From an uncultured Nitrososphaerota archaeon (GTDB lineage: Archaea > Thermoproteota > Nitrososphaeria > Nitrososphaerales > Nitrosopumilaceae), in assembly GCA_963701075.1 (NCBI GenBank), contig OY969559.1, forward strand, positions 1,440,001 through 1,504,000: a DNA stretch of 64,000 bases, read 5' to 3'. A program made the translations under genes and the position numbers. Each line of letters opens with the position of its first letter. Within the stretch, counting starts at the first letter, position 1. Below are positions 9,823 to 19,967 of the stretch, piece after piece. A model generated the notes under the pieces. The model was not told where the DNA came from. It made no database searches and saw only the letters and a list, made by a program, of their open reading frames with translations.

Positions 9823-10542
9823 TTAGAGTTTTTTGATTTCCATATCGGCAAAAAGAGAATCTTCTTCATCCAAATCATCTTCCAACTCATCCTTATCTGC
9901 GTTGACATCCATATGTTCTCCCATTAACTCTAAAACCCTTCCCCATGGCCCTAGCATTTTGTAGAAAGTATTCACTGAAAAATTAGATAGATTTGGTAGG
10001 TTTAGTATTCCGTTCGAGCCAGCCATGTATATTTGGCCATCAGTATCAAGTATGACACAGTTTTTGTACGTGTCTACAAGACTTGAGATTTTTGTGTCTT
10101 TTGTCTCATATAGATATGGAGACAATGAAGTCATAGTACTGAGAATTCCTTTATCAGATACTGTAACAGTGGCTTTTCTGCCTTGAATTGTGTAGAAACT
10201 CTCTACTAGAGACGTTGTATTGAGTTGCTCTATTGGGATAGGCCAAGCATACACATCTCGACCTTCAGGAATTACACTATTGTTTTGAGAATAATTGGAT
10301 ACAAATGAGAAGTGGGATTCGCTTGGAAAGAGGTCAAAATCTATGGGTTCATAGAATGTTTTGTCATAGTTATTCTTCATGTGAACTTTGCCGCTCTTAT
10401 GAAAGCTTATCTTATAGCCAGAATCTCCTAGAAACCAGTATACATCACCTTCGGGGGAAAAGTCTAGCTTGAAGTAGTTCGCATTACCTTGTTCATCAAC
10501 CATGTTAAATTTGAAAGTCCTGATATCAGGATACTTTATCAT
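9823..10542 (-). CDS. Hypothetical protein
   Basis: 239-aa open frame with an acidic tail. No recognised motif. Confidence 0.7.
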   Translation of the reverse strand: MIKYPDIRTFKFNMVDEQGNANYFKLDFSPEGDVYWFLGDSGYKISFHKSGKVHMKNNYDKTFYEPIDFDLFPSESHFSFVSNYSQNNSVIPEGRDVYAWPIPIEQLNTTSLVESFYTIQGRKATVTVSDKGILSTMTSLSPYLYETKDTKISSLVDTYKNCVILDTDGQIYMAGSNGILNLPNLSNFSVNTFYKMLGPWGRVLELMGEHMDVNADKDELEDDLDEEDSLFADMEIKKL

Positions 10543-10566
10543 GATAAGTAATGGTTGAAGATCTTG

Positions 10567-10902
10567 TTATCTTTTACCTAATTTCTTGTTATCATCCACG
10601 GATAATTCTTCTAACACGTCTTCCTGTTCAAATCTTACCATTTGTTGTCCTATTCCGACTTCAGCGTCGCTCTTGAACCTGAACATGCGTCTTAGTCCGT
10701 CTGGTCTTACGAGAGATATTTCCGACCCTTTTGTAGCTGCGTTATAGATCTTCCAGACTTGTTGGCTAGGCAAATCATTGTTTACCATACCAAGATCTTC
10801 GTCTTCTATCCAGAAGCCCCGCACTTCACACTCTAAGAATGATATGTAAGCAGTTCGAATAGATAGAATTTCTTCAGACATTGCGATAATCACTTTGGAC
10901 AT
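10567..10902 (-). CDS. Hypothetical protein
   Basis: 111-aa ORF co-oriented with its neighbours. Confidence 0.6.
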   Translation of the reverse strand: MSKVIIAMSEEILSIRTAYISFLECEVRGFWIEDEDLGMVNNDLPSQQVWKIYNAATKGSEISLVRPDGLRRMFRFKSDAEVGIGQQMVRFEQEDVLEELSVDDNKKLGKR

Positions 10903-11005
10903 TTCGATTTAATAGATCAAGGTAATATCATAATACCCAAAAATCTCTATTTTGGAAGAAAAATCTAAGATCATGTTGATATAAGATTAAGACAGATTCG
11001 ACCTA

Positions 11006-11653
11006 ATGTCTTTTGATCTGTTAGAAAAAATACAACAATTGATAGATTCTGGAACTGGAGATGTTGGAAGACTGCAATATATCCTTGAGACATTACAAAA
11101 TGGAAGAAAACTATACAATTCTGACCAAAGTTACCTCAATAAGCTTCTGAATAACCACGATGGACATATTACTATCCAGCCTGAAGAAGATAAGAGTCCA
11201 GTAAGATCTAATGACGATTCAGCTGAGTATATTCCTCCAAAACAAAGTAAACCAAAAAAACCCGGTCCATTATATGGTGTAAGTTATCATCCACATACTG
11301 GCGATAGTGTCAAAATTCATCATGGCTCCTGCCGACATGTAAGACTTGCATCTCAAAGAGGACAAACAAGATGGAATTTTGTACATGGATATCAAGAGGC
11401 AAAATCTGAAGCCGAATCTATTGCAAGCAGTCAAGGAGCATATTGGAAAAATGCTCAATGTTGTCTGAATGGAATGATTAGTAGGACTACAGGTAGTGCA
11501 TTGTTTCTTGCTCTTTTTCCATTTCTTGGACTTTTAGGAGGTCTGATAGTAAGAGAATATCATCCTACGTTTGGAAAAGGTTTGATGTATTTTGGTTTGG
11601 CATACGGTATTTTTGCAGTAGTGTTGTATTTTGCCAGTCAGGTTGCTAGATAG
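11006..11653 (+). CDS. Membrane protein with thaumarchaeal-type N-terminal domain and possible metal-binding segment
   Basis: N-terminal GDVGRLQYI...LYNSD..YL helix bundle, IHHGSCRH...QCC, and two C-terminal TM helices. Confidence 0.75.
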   Translation: MSFDLLEKIQQLIDSGTGDVGRLQYILETLQNGRKLYNSDQSYLNKLLNNHDGHITIQPEEDKSPVRSNDDSAEYIPPKQSKPKKPGPLYGVSYHPHTGDSVKIHHGSCRHVRLASQRGQTRWNFVHGYQEAKSEAESIASSQGAYWKNAQCCLNGMISRTTGSALFLALFPFLGLLGGLIVREYHPTFGKGLMYFGLAYGIFAVVLYFASQVAR

Positions 11654-11655
11654 TC

Positions 11656-12540
11656 ATGGACAGCAACAAGATAAGGAAAAATCCAATCCATTTGATTAAT
11701 TCAGATGAAAACATTCTAAAAGTATTGGAGCAAAGCAACGAATATTTCAAATCAAATAACGAGATGTCTTCAAGAATTGAAGAAAATCTTTGGATCTTCC
11801 GTTCGCTAAAAGATTTGGAACCAGCTACCCCTGAAGATCTTTTGCTAGGCTACAGATTTCCTTTAATAGAAACAAACTCGGAGTTTGAAAGTTCTATCGC
11901 CCTATGTAAATTTGGATTTTACAAACATGCTTTCATCGCATTGAGAAGCGTTTTAGAGCTTGGGATTCTTTCTGCATATTGGAATGCAGATGAAGGTAAT
12001 CATCTCGATATACGAAAATGGCTTGTATCGCTTGAAGATACTCCGTCTAGAAAGACTGTTTTTACAAAGCTCAAAAAGAATCAAAACTTCTTGAAATTTG
12101 ACAATAAACACAGGTGCTTCTCTGAGGGAGATGATCTTTTCAGACAGTTATCTAATTTTGTACACACAAAAGGACATCGTCATTCTAGTGTAGATTTAGG
12201 AAACGCCAATTTCAATCGTTTTAAGGAAGAATCATTATTGAAATGGTTGGACTTGATGACCAGAGTTACTAAATTTGTTGTTATCTTGCACATTCTTAAA
12301 TATCCTGTAGCGTTACAACATACTCCAATTGAACAAAAGTTCGGTATCAATGGACCAGCTGGAGGATTCTTCGAACCTTATCAAACCGAAAGAATAAAAC
12401 AATTTTTAGGCAAAGACGTGATAATTACTTTACAAGAAATAAGCAATAATGACCCCACAGCAATAAGCAGAGCAAAATGGGTAAATGAGCAACCCGATAT
12501 AACTTATGAAGAACTCCAGATACAGATGGGAGAAATTTGA
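11656..12540 (+). CDS. Hypothetical all-helical protein, HEPN-like
   Basis: GFYKHAFIALRSVLE and FRQLSNFVH motifs resemble HEPN families. Confidence 0.65.
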   Translation: MDSNKIRKNPIHLINSDENILKVLEQSNEYFKSNNEMSSRIEENLWIFRSLKDLEPATPEDLLLGYRFPLIETNSEFESSIALCKFGFYKHAFIALRSVLELGILSAYWNADEGNHLDIRKWLVSLEDTPSRKTVFTKLKKNQNFLKFDNKHRCFSEGDDLFRQLSNFVHTKGHRHSSVDLGNANFNRFKEESLLKWLDLMTRVTKFVVILHILKYPVALQHTPIEQKFGINGPAGGFFEPYQTERIKQFLGKDVIITLQEISNNDPTAISRAKWVNEQPDITYEELQIQMGEI

Positions 12541-12675
12541 AAAAATGAATGTTAGATTTTACTAGTAAGAATTAAGCATTAAATAATTAGGAACCAAGTT
12601 GATCAAAGGTTAAGTACCGGATCACATTCCAGCACATATTGAATCGTAATACAAGCACCTTTCTGGATGCTTTCC

Positions 12676-12921
12676 TTAATGGTTAAGATTCTTTTTTTCG
12701 ACGTATTTCTCAATGATGCTATCAATATCTTCCAATTTTGCTTGTTTTACTTCATCAACAATTTCTTTTTCTTCTATTTCATAACAATTTAGAAGGTCGT
12801 TTTTGTCCTTGAAAAAAAGCATCACCTTCTCTTGATATATACAGTAGTACGGTTTATCAACATCCATTTTTTCTGGCTGTAGTTTGATTCCCTCTTCGTT
12901 TATTGAAACAGGATAGTCCAT
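12676..12921 (-). CDS. Hypothetical protein
   Basis: 81-aa ORF with a plausible ATG and protein-like composition. Confidence 0.7.
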   Translation of the reverse strand: MDYPVSINEEGIKLQPEKMDVDKPYYCIYQEKVMLFFKDKNDLLNCYEIEEKEIVDEVKQAKLEDIDSIIEKYVEKKNLNH

Positions 12922-13034
12922 TGATATTCATTAATAAGATCGGTATTTAGATGTAATTTGAAAAATTGGGTAAAGGATACCTGTGCTTTACTAATTATAC
13001 GAAAACATAATGAAAAAACGAATTAATTCATTTA

Positions 13035-14189
13035 ATGAATGACATAAAACCGCTTGGCAATAATGTAATAAGTAAAATCATACTAGAAAAACTTGTGAGT
13101 CACAGAGTCATCTGCCATATTGATTTTGACTATTTTTATGCGCAATGCGAAGAGTTGAGAAATCCAGAGTTGAAGACAAAGCCGGTTGCCGTGTGCGTAT
13201 TCTCAGACAGAGGAGGAGACAGTGGGGCCATAGCAACTGCCAATTACATAGCAAGAAGATACGGAGTAAAATCAGGAATGCCCATAAAATTTGCAAAAAG
13301 AAAGCTCGAAGATGTACCCGAAGCGACATTTCTCCCCACGGATTTTGACTATTATTCAGAGGTTTCAGAGAATGTAATGAATTTGATTAGAAAGTATTCA
13401 GATGTTTTTGAATACATAGGAAGAGACGAGGCATATCTTGACGTTACAAAAAGAACCGAAGGTAGTTTTACAAAGGCAGCACATCTGGCTCAACAATTAA
13501 AAAATTCCATTCGCAGCAATACTAAACTTTCATCAACGGTGGGAGTTTCAACAAACAAGCTTGTATCAAAGATAGCTTCTGATTTTAAAAAACCTGATGG
13601 CCTCACCGTGGTGGAGCCAGATAAGATCGAGTCTTTTCTTGATCCACTGCCAATTAAGGTCATACCGGGCATCGGAAAAAAGTCTGAAGAGAAATTTCAC
13701 GAGATGGGCCTTCAGACAATATCAGATCTGAAGAGATTAGATGTGTTCTCACTTAACAGCCTATTTGGACGAAAGATTGGAACTTACATTTACAATGCGG
13801 CAAGAGGAATTGACGATGAACCGGTATCGCCAAGGGCAGAGCCAATACAATACAGTAGGATAATCACATTAAAGCAAGACACAAAAGATTTTGAATTCTT
13901 GTCAAAAGACTTGGAACAACTTTGTGCTGATGTACATGAAGCCATTGTAAGAGACAATCTTGTTTTCAAGTCTGTCGGAATACAGTTTGTCCAAGAAGAC
14001 CTTTCAAATAGAACAAAGTCCAGAATGTTGAGAAATCCAACATCCAGTCTTGAAGAATTGAAAAAAACCGCACTTCAACTACTCAAAGAATCCCTAGAGG
14101 ATCAAAAGTTGCTTATCAGAAGACTAGGTGTAAAAGTTTCTGATTTTTCAGAAGTGGCAGGACAAGTAGACATTACAAGATTTTTTTAA
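13035..14189 (+). CDS. dbh: Y-family DNA polymerase IV (Dbh/Dpo4); likely start GTG about 13095
   Basis: HIDFDYFYAQ, ATANY.AR.YGVKSGMP, DEAYLDVT, SDFKKPDG, and a C-terminal PIP-like QVDITRFF. Confidence 0.95.
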   Translation: MNDIKPLGNNVISKIILEKLVSHRVICHIDFDYFYAQCEELRNPELKTKPVAVCVFSDRGGDSGAIATANYIARRYGVKSGMPIKFAKRKLEDVPEATFLPTDFDYYSEVSENVMNLIRKYSDVFEYIGRDEAYLDVTKRTEGSFTKAAHLAQQLKNSIRSNTKLSSTVGVSTNKLVSKIASDFKKPDGLTVVEPDKIESFLDPLPIKVIPGIGKKSEEKFHEMGLQTISDLKRLDVFSLNSLFGRKIGTYIYNAARGIDDEPVSPRAEPIQYSRIITLKQDTKDFEFLSKDLEQLCADVHEAIVRDNLVFKSVGIQFVQEDLSNRTKSRMLRNPTSSLEELKKTALQLLKESLEDQKLLIRRLGVKVSDFSEVAGQVDITRFF

Positions 14190-14683
14190 GACTTCTCAAG
14201 CCCTACATGTGTTGCAAGTCTCTTATGTTCATCAGGCGTAATCCATTCCACGTGCAAGTAATTTATTATTTCATGGTGTTGCATGCCTAGTCTTTTTGCC
14301 TCTTCAACAGCTATAATGTAGGCTTCGATTTCAGTCGGTCTATCCACATAGGAGTATGATTTATCATACAGGTCTAGGCCTTGCCTTTGTTGTTTTACAT
14401 GTACAAGTTCGTGCACTATGTCAAGGTAGAGAATTATTTTATCAGAGTTTTTCAGATGGTTTAGCCCAATCACGATTATAGCATCTTCGTTTTTTACATA
14501 CATGTAATGATTGCTTGTGTCCACGATTACCTTTGTCTTTGAAAAGACATCATCTAGTTCGGCATCTGAACCAAAGATCTTTTGTAGAATTTCAACTTCT
14601 TTTAACCCATCAAAAATATCTTCGATCTCATAAGTTCCCGGATTTACTTCTCTATTGATTTTTATCGTATTCATGTTTTGCAA
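14186..14683 (-). CDS. HEXXH zinc-metallopeptidase-like protein
   Basis: IVHELVHVKQ...RPTEIEAY. Confidence 0.75.
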   Translation of the reverse strand: MQNMNTIKINREVNPGTYEIEDIFDGLKEVEILQKIFGSDAELDDVFSKTKVIVDTSNHYMYVKNEDAIIVIGLNHLKNSDKIILYLDIVHELVHVKQQRQGLDLYDKSYSYVDRPTEIEAYIIAVEEAKRLGMQHHEIINYLHVEWITPDEHKRLATHVGLEKS

Positions 14684-15605
14684 CTTTTATTTCATTTTTT
14701 TTCAATCGCTGTGTTTCTACATACGTGACAATAAGTAGAAAGACAAAGAGCCACGGAAGAAACATTATTTCTCCTGCAATACCATGAAACGATTGAAATT
14801 CATTTACGTTGGTAGATACTTTGAGTACAAATAGTGAAAGAGATAATATTCGAATTACGTTTACTCCAATGGTTCCAACTACTCCAAGTACAAAGTAAAC
14901 AGCCTTTCTGTTTCGTGGTATATTCATCTTAAGCAAAAATGCCATCATGACAAGAGAGTAGATTATCATGCTATGAACACCAGCCGATGGCCAGAATACC
15001 TGAAGCGCAAATGGACCATGGTCACCGCTTAGAAACATAATATTTCCGTGTGCGCTGGCAATCCCCAGATTAAAAGTTGTTATTAGAAAGACATCCAACT
15101 TTACAAGATATGGCACAACATACTGCAATGGGCCAAGTGAGTCATACGGAAAGAATGCGTCAAGCGATAGAATTATTGCAGTACCGGCAGTATAGATTGG
15201 TCCTGCGGGAGATATTCTTATCCACCTCTTGCCAAAAAGTACAGTCAGTATAGATACAAAGAAGATTGCAAATACAATAAAGTCCCACATCCAATCCCAT
15301 GAATCTAATAACAAAACATGAAACAGGGGCGCAATTGTAACAAGATAATTTTTGAGACCGAATTCAGTAGCTATCAAATATGCAATAGCTGCTCCTGCCA
15401 ATGGAACTGCTGCGATGAGCCTTTTCTTTGGAATCTCAAGTTTTATGCCTATCAATTCTGCTGCAATAAATGCCAATGCAAAGAGAAGCCCTCCTCGACC
15501 CTGGTTCCAGCCAAGACTGAACGTATCTGGAAAGACAGCCAACGCGAAGATTATTGGCGATGCTATGATCGCTATAGCAATAATCATACTTCTGTTTTGC
15601 AACAA
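14652..15605 (-). CDS. Thaumarchaeosortase (archaeosortase/exosortase family)
   Basis: Multi-TM protein with VFWPSAGVHS (Ser at the usual Cys position), NVIRI and FH...GE motifs. Confidence 0.88.
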   Translation of the reverse strand: MLQNRSMIIAIAIIASPIIFALAVFPDTFSLGWNQGRGGLLFALAFIAAELIGIKLEIPKKRLIAAVPLAGAAIAYLIATEFGLKNYLVTIAPLFHVLLLDSWDWMWDFIVFAIFFVSILTVLFGKRWIRISPAGPIYTAGTAIILSLDAFFPYDSLGPLQYVVPYLVKLDVFLITTFNLGIASAHGNIMFLSGDHGPFALQVFWPSAGVHSMIIYSLVMMAFLLKMNIPRNRKAVYFVLGVVGTIGVNVIRILSLSLFVLKVSTNVNEFQSFHGIAGEIMFLPWLFVFLLIVTYVETQRLKKNEIKVAKHEYDKNQ

Positions 15606-15642
15606 TTAAGATGCAAAACGCGTTCAATAAAAACTCTAGCAG

Positions 15643-16803
15643 TTAGAAATAATCTTTTATTGATTTTTGATTTCTTGCTTTATGTAATTTGCTTCTTACC
15701 AGCCATTCTTTCTTGTCTACACTCATACCTTGGCATGCAAGATCTAAGCCTTGCTCAAAATTGTGCGCTATAACCGGTTTTTGTTTCAGCGCCATCCGGA
15801 CTCCTTCTCTCACTTGCCAGACTCCCACCGGAACTGCATACTCAGGCCTAATCTCACGAAGTACCAAAACCCCCGCCTGGACATTAGTTTTCAAGAGATA
15901 TTCAGCAACGGCAAGCCGTGATGCAAAATGAGCTCCTGCGGTCTCAGGATAGTGTGAAAGACCTCGCATATCTTCAAAATCGGATCCAAATCCTATGTTT
16001 CCATCCTGATCGTACCATGCCTCTTGCATCTCAAACATCCACCTACTTGGAAACATGATTACAGCATACAAATTACCAAGATGCTCATAGGTGAAAAGGC
16101 GATAGCTGTCAATCTCAGAAAAACTTGTTATTTCTTCAACCATAGATTTAGAAATGATATCATCAGTTGCAGTTATGCTCCACCTTGTAGGTACAAGTTT
16201 TCTATTTTTTCCAAACATTCCAATACTGAAACATTTTTGAATTTTGCTTACCTCTATACCACGATTGTAGAGTTCAAAGACTGCATCCTGCGCCAAAATG
16301 TCTTTATCGTAAAATAATCGTTGAATGTTCTTGTCTGAAGACGAATTTGAGAACTTGGCATTCTTTATTTCACCAACTGGACCAAAAGGCGCATTCTCTC
16401 CATCTACAAATAAAGATGGACTTGTATTTTTTACAAATTCTACTTCAGAATCCGTAGACCGAGATGACATTGCAAGATCTTGTAAACTTTCAATGTATCT
16501 GCCCTGAGGCTCTTTTATAGGAACTGCTCGGATTCCTCGCACCAGTGATAGCCTATAGTTCACAATGTCCTCCAAGCTTTTTCCCAGCCAAGATTCAGGC
16601 AAGTCCATAACGAGTGTATCGCCATGGATTGGAGGCACCATTGGTCCTACCAAGACTTTTGGGTATCCATAAGAGCCAACAAAAACTGAAGGCGGGCTAG
16701 AACCTTCCACATAATTTGAAGAAAACAGATTAGCATATTTTGACAGATATTCGTTCCAGTTAGATTCTATGGCTTTTCTTATGTCTGAAGCAGTTCTGGG
16801 CAA
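15643..16803 (-). CDS. Nre-family PCNA-interacting DNA repair protein
   Basis: GSSPPSVFVG.YGYPKV..GP, RKLVPTRWSITATD, PVGVWQVRE, and a C-terminal PIP box QKSIKDYF. Confidence 0.92.
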   Translation of the reverse strand: MPRTASDIRKAIESNWNEYLSKYANLFSSNYVEGSSPPSVFVGSYGYPKVLVGPMVPPIHGDTLVMDLPESWLGKSLEDIVNYRLSLVRGIRAVPIKEPQGRYIESLQDLAMSSRSTDSEVEFVKNTSPSLFVDGENAPFGPVGEIKNAKFSNSSSDKNIQRLFYDKDILAQDAVFELYNRGIEVSKIQKCFSIGMFGKNRKLVPTRWSITATDDIISKSMVEEITSFSEIDSYRLFTYEHLGNLYAVIMFPSRWMFEMQEAWYDQDGNIGFGSDFEDMRGLSHYPETAGAHFASRLAVAEYLLKTNVQAGVLVLREIRPEYAVPVGVWQVREGVRMALKQKPVIAHNFEQGLDLACQGMSVDKKEWLVRSKLHKARNQKSIKDYF

Positions 16804-16850
16804 CTATTTCTCAGAGTTCTTTGTGACTAATATATCTGATATAATCACTT

Positions 16851-17279
16851 TTGAATTATATTCAACTGTTTTCCAAGCAGTATCAAAAATTGGCAGATGC
16901 AGAATCTTTTGGAATTGAAAAAGGCTATGGAAGGCAAGCCGTAAACTGGATGAATGAGGAGGCAAAGAGATCAGATTTGAAATTTGAAGCTAGGTTGTAC
17001 GACTATGAGATAACTACCAAAAATTTTGGCAATTTTGAGATGTTTTCATGGATTGGAGAGTCAAAGACTGCACGTGACTTGACTATCAAAGCAAGCAGGC
17101 GGTTCAAGATCAAGGTCATAGAAGGCGGATACACGCCAATACGATTGATTATCAAAGTATCATCACGCAATGAATATGGAATTGTACGAAAGGGAGATCG
17201 TGTGATAGGACAGATCGAGTTTACTTCTTCACGATTAACAAACAGCAAATGGGTTGTGAGCAAGGAGGAGCGAAAGTAA
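16851..17279 (+). CDS. Hypothetical protein (start uncertain)
   Basis: 142-aa ORF with protein-like composition, divergent from the Nre gene. Confidence 0.7.
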   Translation: MNYIQLFSKQYQKLADAESFGIEKGYGRQAVNWMNEEAKRSDLKFEARLYDYEITTKNFGNFEMFSWIGESKTARDLTIKASRRFKIKVIEGGYTPIRLIIKVSSRNEYGIVRKGDRVIGQIEFTSSRLTNSKWVVSKEERK

Positions 17280-17281
17280 TG

Positions 17282-17858
17282 TCAAGATGTCAAATCCAGT
17301 TCGGCTTTGGCAAGAATTTGTGCTACTCTTAATGGTTCAGGTACTGCTCCCTGTAACGTAAATGTGTCAAGTAGTTTTTTTGCTTCTTTTATATCACATC
17401 CTTCCACCCTGAGGTAAATGTCATGCTTTGTGTGTAATGATATCTTGGTCCTTGTACCAAGATTTTGATATTGTTTCATTTTTGACTCGTAGGAATCAGG
17501 AAAATGGTGCCTAATTGCTTCTTCCATTCCATCAGACTCTTCATATGTAACACCAATAATTGGTATCTTGGTTTTTTTCCACAGTTTTATCATGTCGACT
17601 ATGTTATACATTGAGATAATCAGACCTGAGACCAGAATGAAGCTGAATATCATTACGATCTAATTTCTCATACATTGATATCATGGCATCAGTAGCATCG
17701 TCCCCTTCAATTGTGGCTTTACCAAAAACAAATCCGTCAATTACAAAGTCTCTACGCATCACGACTCCTGCCAATTTTGATTTTAAATCAGTCTCTCGAA
17801 AGCTCTCTGCGATAGCAAGTCCGCGCAAGCCTTTTTTCTCAAGCCTGAGGTGATTCAT
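17282..17858 (-). CDS. DUF99 (endonuclease V-like) protein, split by a 1-nt insertion at about 17645
   Basis: LAIAESF...AGVVMR.D..IDG...GDDAT, then ILVSG....YNIVD...PEPLRVA. Removing one base next to AGCT joins the frames. Confidence 0.85.
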
Positions 17859-18226
17859 TTCTGTCCCTTTTTACAAATTTCTTATAAACCAGCCCTGTTA
17901 CGACAATAAAGATAGTCTGTGATAGACGACCATGAGATAAAGGCAACCATATCAAACTGAGCCATGTATGCTGACTGTATCATTGACAGATATTTTAGTT
18001 CATGGCGTAGATTCCTAGCTTAGATTAGGCGCTGGTTTTAACATGTGCTGCCAAGTTACTGCGACAGACCTTGACTTGATCACATCAACTCAACCAATTA
18101 CAAGTTCTTGAAAGCTGCCAGATGTCATCTAAGCGAGACAAACCCAGTTCAAGCTCTGCCAGTGGCCTATTGATAAATAGGAAAAAATAGGAAAAAATGG
18201 CCCCTCAAGTGAACAGTATACGACAA

Positions 18227-19147
18227 TTATACAATAATCGGCCCGCTTCCCACTATACGTATTGTTTGTGATTCGGGTTTTAAAATCACGCAGATGTCGT
18301 TTTTTACAAATGACGCGGGTTTATTGAGGGAGAGTTTCATGGGTTTGAGAGATATTATTTTGGCAGCTCTTGTCTGCAGACCAATATTGACAAGAAATGT
18401 CTGGTTTTCTGTCAGATTATCCTTGAAGAATTTATTTTGCAAATAATCTAATGCGATATCTTGCGATACATGGATTTCGTCACCAACACACAATTGGTCC
18501 CCCCTTTGAACATCATCAGATACAATTCCCTTTACTGCAAGTCCTACTCGTGCCGGGGATACAGCCTCTTCGACTGGATCATCATGCATCTGGATTGATT
18601 TTATCACAACCTCGTCTCCTTTTGGCAATAGCTTGAGTTTGTCGTATGCCTTGATTTTACCTTGTGCAACTTTGCCAAGTATAACGGTACCTACACCTTT
18701 TACATCAAAACAGTGATCAATTGGAATTCGTGCATTTCCTTCTTGAGATACCGGCTCCAAAGAGTCCATTTCCTTTCTGAGATCTGATAGTTCCACCAGT
18801 TTGTATTGTTCCACAACAGTTCCTTTTATCATCAAAAGGAGTTTTTCTCGGTCTACCTCATAAGAGTGAGTCAGTAATCCTTTGTTCTTTTTTAGTACAT
18901 CAAGTGCAACAATCTGCTCACCTGTGAATTTATCGAGTTTAGATACGTGAAAAATGACATACTCTCCCATGTGTATGGCCTGAAGAAGTGGAGGAATCTT
19001 TTCAGGAAAACCCGTAGGTATGGTCCATGTTTTTACAAAATCTGCATCTTTTTTATCATATATAGTAATATCAGTAGCAGTCCCTTTTTTGCCAAAATCC
19101 TTGGCTATTGATTCATCGCCAAGTAATGTGTAATTGATTGATTTCAT
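18227..19147 (-). CDS. SelB-like / EF-Tu domain-2 protein (aSelBL type) with degenerate G domain
   Basis: GKKGTATDIT, IDHCFDVKGVGTVILG, IKSIQMHD and RVGLAVKG. Confidence 0.85.
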   Translation of the reverse strand: MKSINYTLLGDESIAKDFGKKGTATDITIYDKKDADFVKTWTIPTGFPEKIPPLLQAIHMGEYVIFHVSKLDKFTGEQIVALDVLKKNKGLLTHSYEVDREKLLLMIKGTVVEQYKLVELSDLRKEMDSLEPVSQEGNARIPIDHCFDVKGVGTVILGKVAQGKIKAYDKLKLLPKGDEVVIKSIQMHDDPVEEAVSPARVGLAVKGIVSDDVQRGDQLCVGDEIHVSQDIALDYLQNKFFKDNLTENQTFLVNIGLQTRAAKIISLKPMKLSLNKPASFVKNDICVILKPESQTIRIVGSGPIIV

Positions 19148-19266
19148 TTTACTTGTGAGAATTCACAACTAGTAAAATATCTTGTGGATAGATATCAAAA
19201 ATAGTTATGACATCTAACGTGACATGACAATACTAAAACAGATGAAACAATTGATTCTCAGTTATA

Positions 19267-19581
19267 CTATACCACGCCTGTTTTATGTACAGTAACAAGA
19301 CCGTTATCTCCAATAATTTCTTTAATTGCTGGCAATATGCTTTCGATTTTTTCTAGATCATCAATTACCTCTATGATTAGTGGCATGTTAACTGATATCC
19401 CCTCTATCTGAAAATTGGATTTTCCTCGTTTACCATATCCAGATACTCCAGTCCACACAGTAGCTCCAGAAATATCACCTTTCTTTAGAATGTCCAATAT
19501 CAGGTTATGAACACGTTTTCCCTTGAATGTATCATTACGCTTTATCCTTATCACAAGTGACCACATGTCTAGAGCTCTCAT
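19267..19581 (-). CDS. DUF190 (PII-like) protein
   Basis: ISGATVW.G..GYG and MPLIIEVID...I...LP.I. Coupled to crcB by an ATGA overlap. Confidence 0.9.
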   Translation of the reverse strand: MRALDMWSLVIRIKRNDTFKGKRVHNLILDILKKGDISGATVWTGVSGYGKRGKSNFQIEGISVNMPLIIEVIDDLEKIESILPAIKEIIGDNGLVTVHKTGVV

Positions 19582-19967
19582 CTAAATCCCCCACCCAAAA
19601 TCACACTTGTTAAAGCCCTGCCGCCAAATATGGCTCCAAGTGACAATCCCACGTTAGTCATGACATTAATTGCAACTATCAGGTATTGTTTGTTATCAAT
19701 TAGATTTGAAGTTTCAAGCGCAAATGAGGACATGGTGGTCAGTCCTCCACAAAACCCGATTGCTACAAGCAACGCGTATTTTTCATCGAGGTTCCATTGC
19801 TGTGAAAAGACTGCAAATGCCCCAAGAATAAAACTTCCAATTACATTTACAAGCATTACGTTTAGAGGCAATGCACCAAGTAGTAGTGGCGATTTTGTAA
19901 TACCGTACCTTAGGAATGTCCCAGCCGTTCCCCCTGCTGCAAGAAATATCAGTTCTATCATTTTCAT
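19578..19967 (-). CDS. crcB: Fluoride channel Fluc/CrcB
   Basis: GG..G..LRY, VNVIGSF.LG and GFCGGLTTMSSF..E, with four TM helices. Confidence 0.95.
   Translation of the reverse strand: MKMIELIFLAAGGTAGTFLRYGITKSPLLLGALPLNVMLVNVIGSFILGAFAVFSQQWNLDEKYALLVAIGFCGGLTTMSSFALETSNLIDNKQYLIVAINVMTNVGLSLGAIFGGRALTSVILGGGFR

Noticed and set aside
14652-15605. Catalytic Cys replaced by Ser in the archaeosortase
   Set aside because: This is an already described property of the thaumarchaeosortase family.
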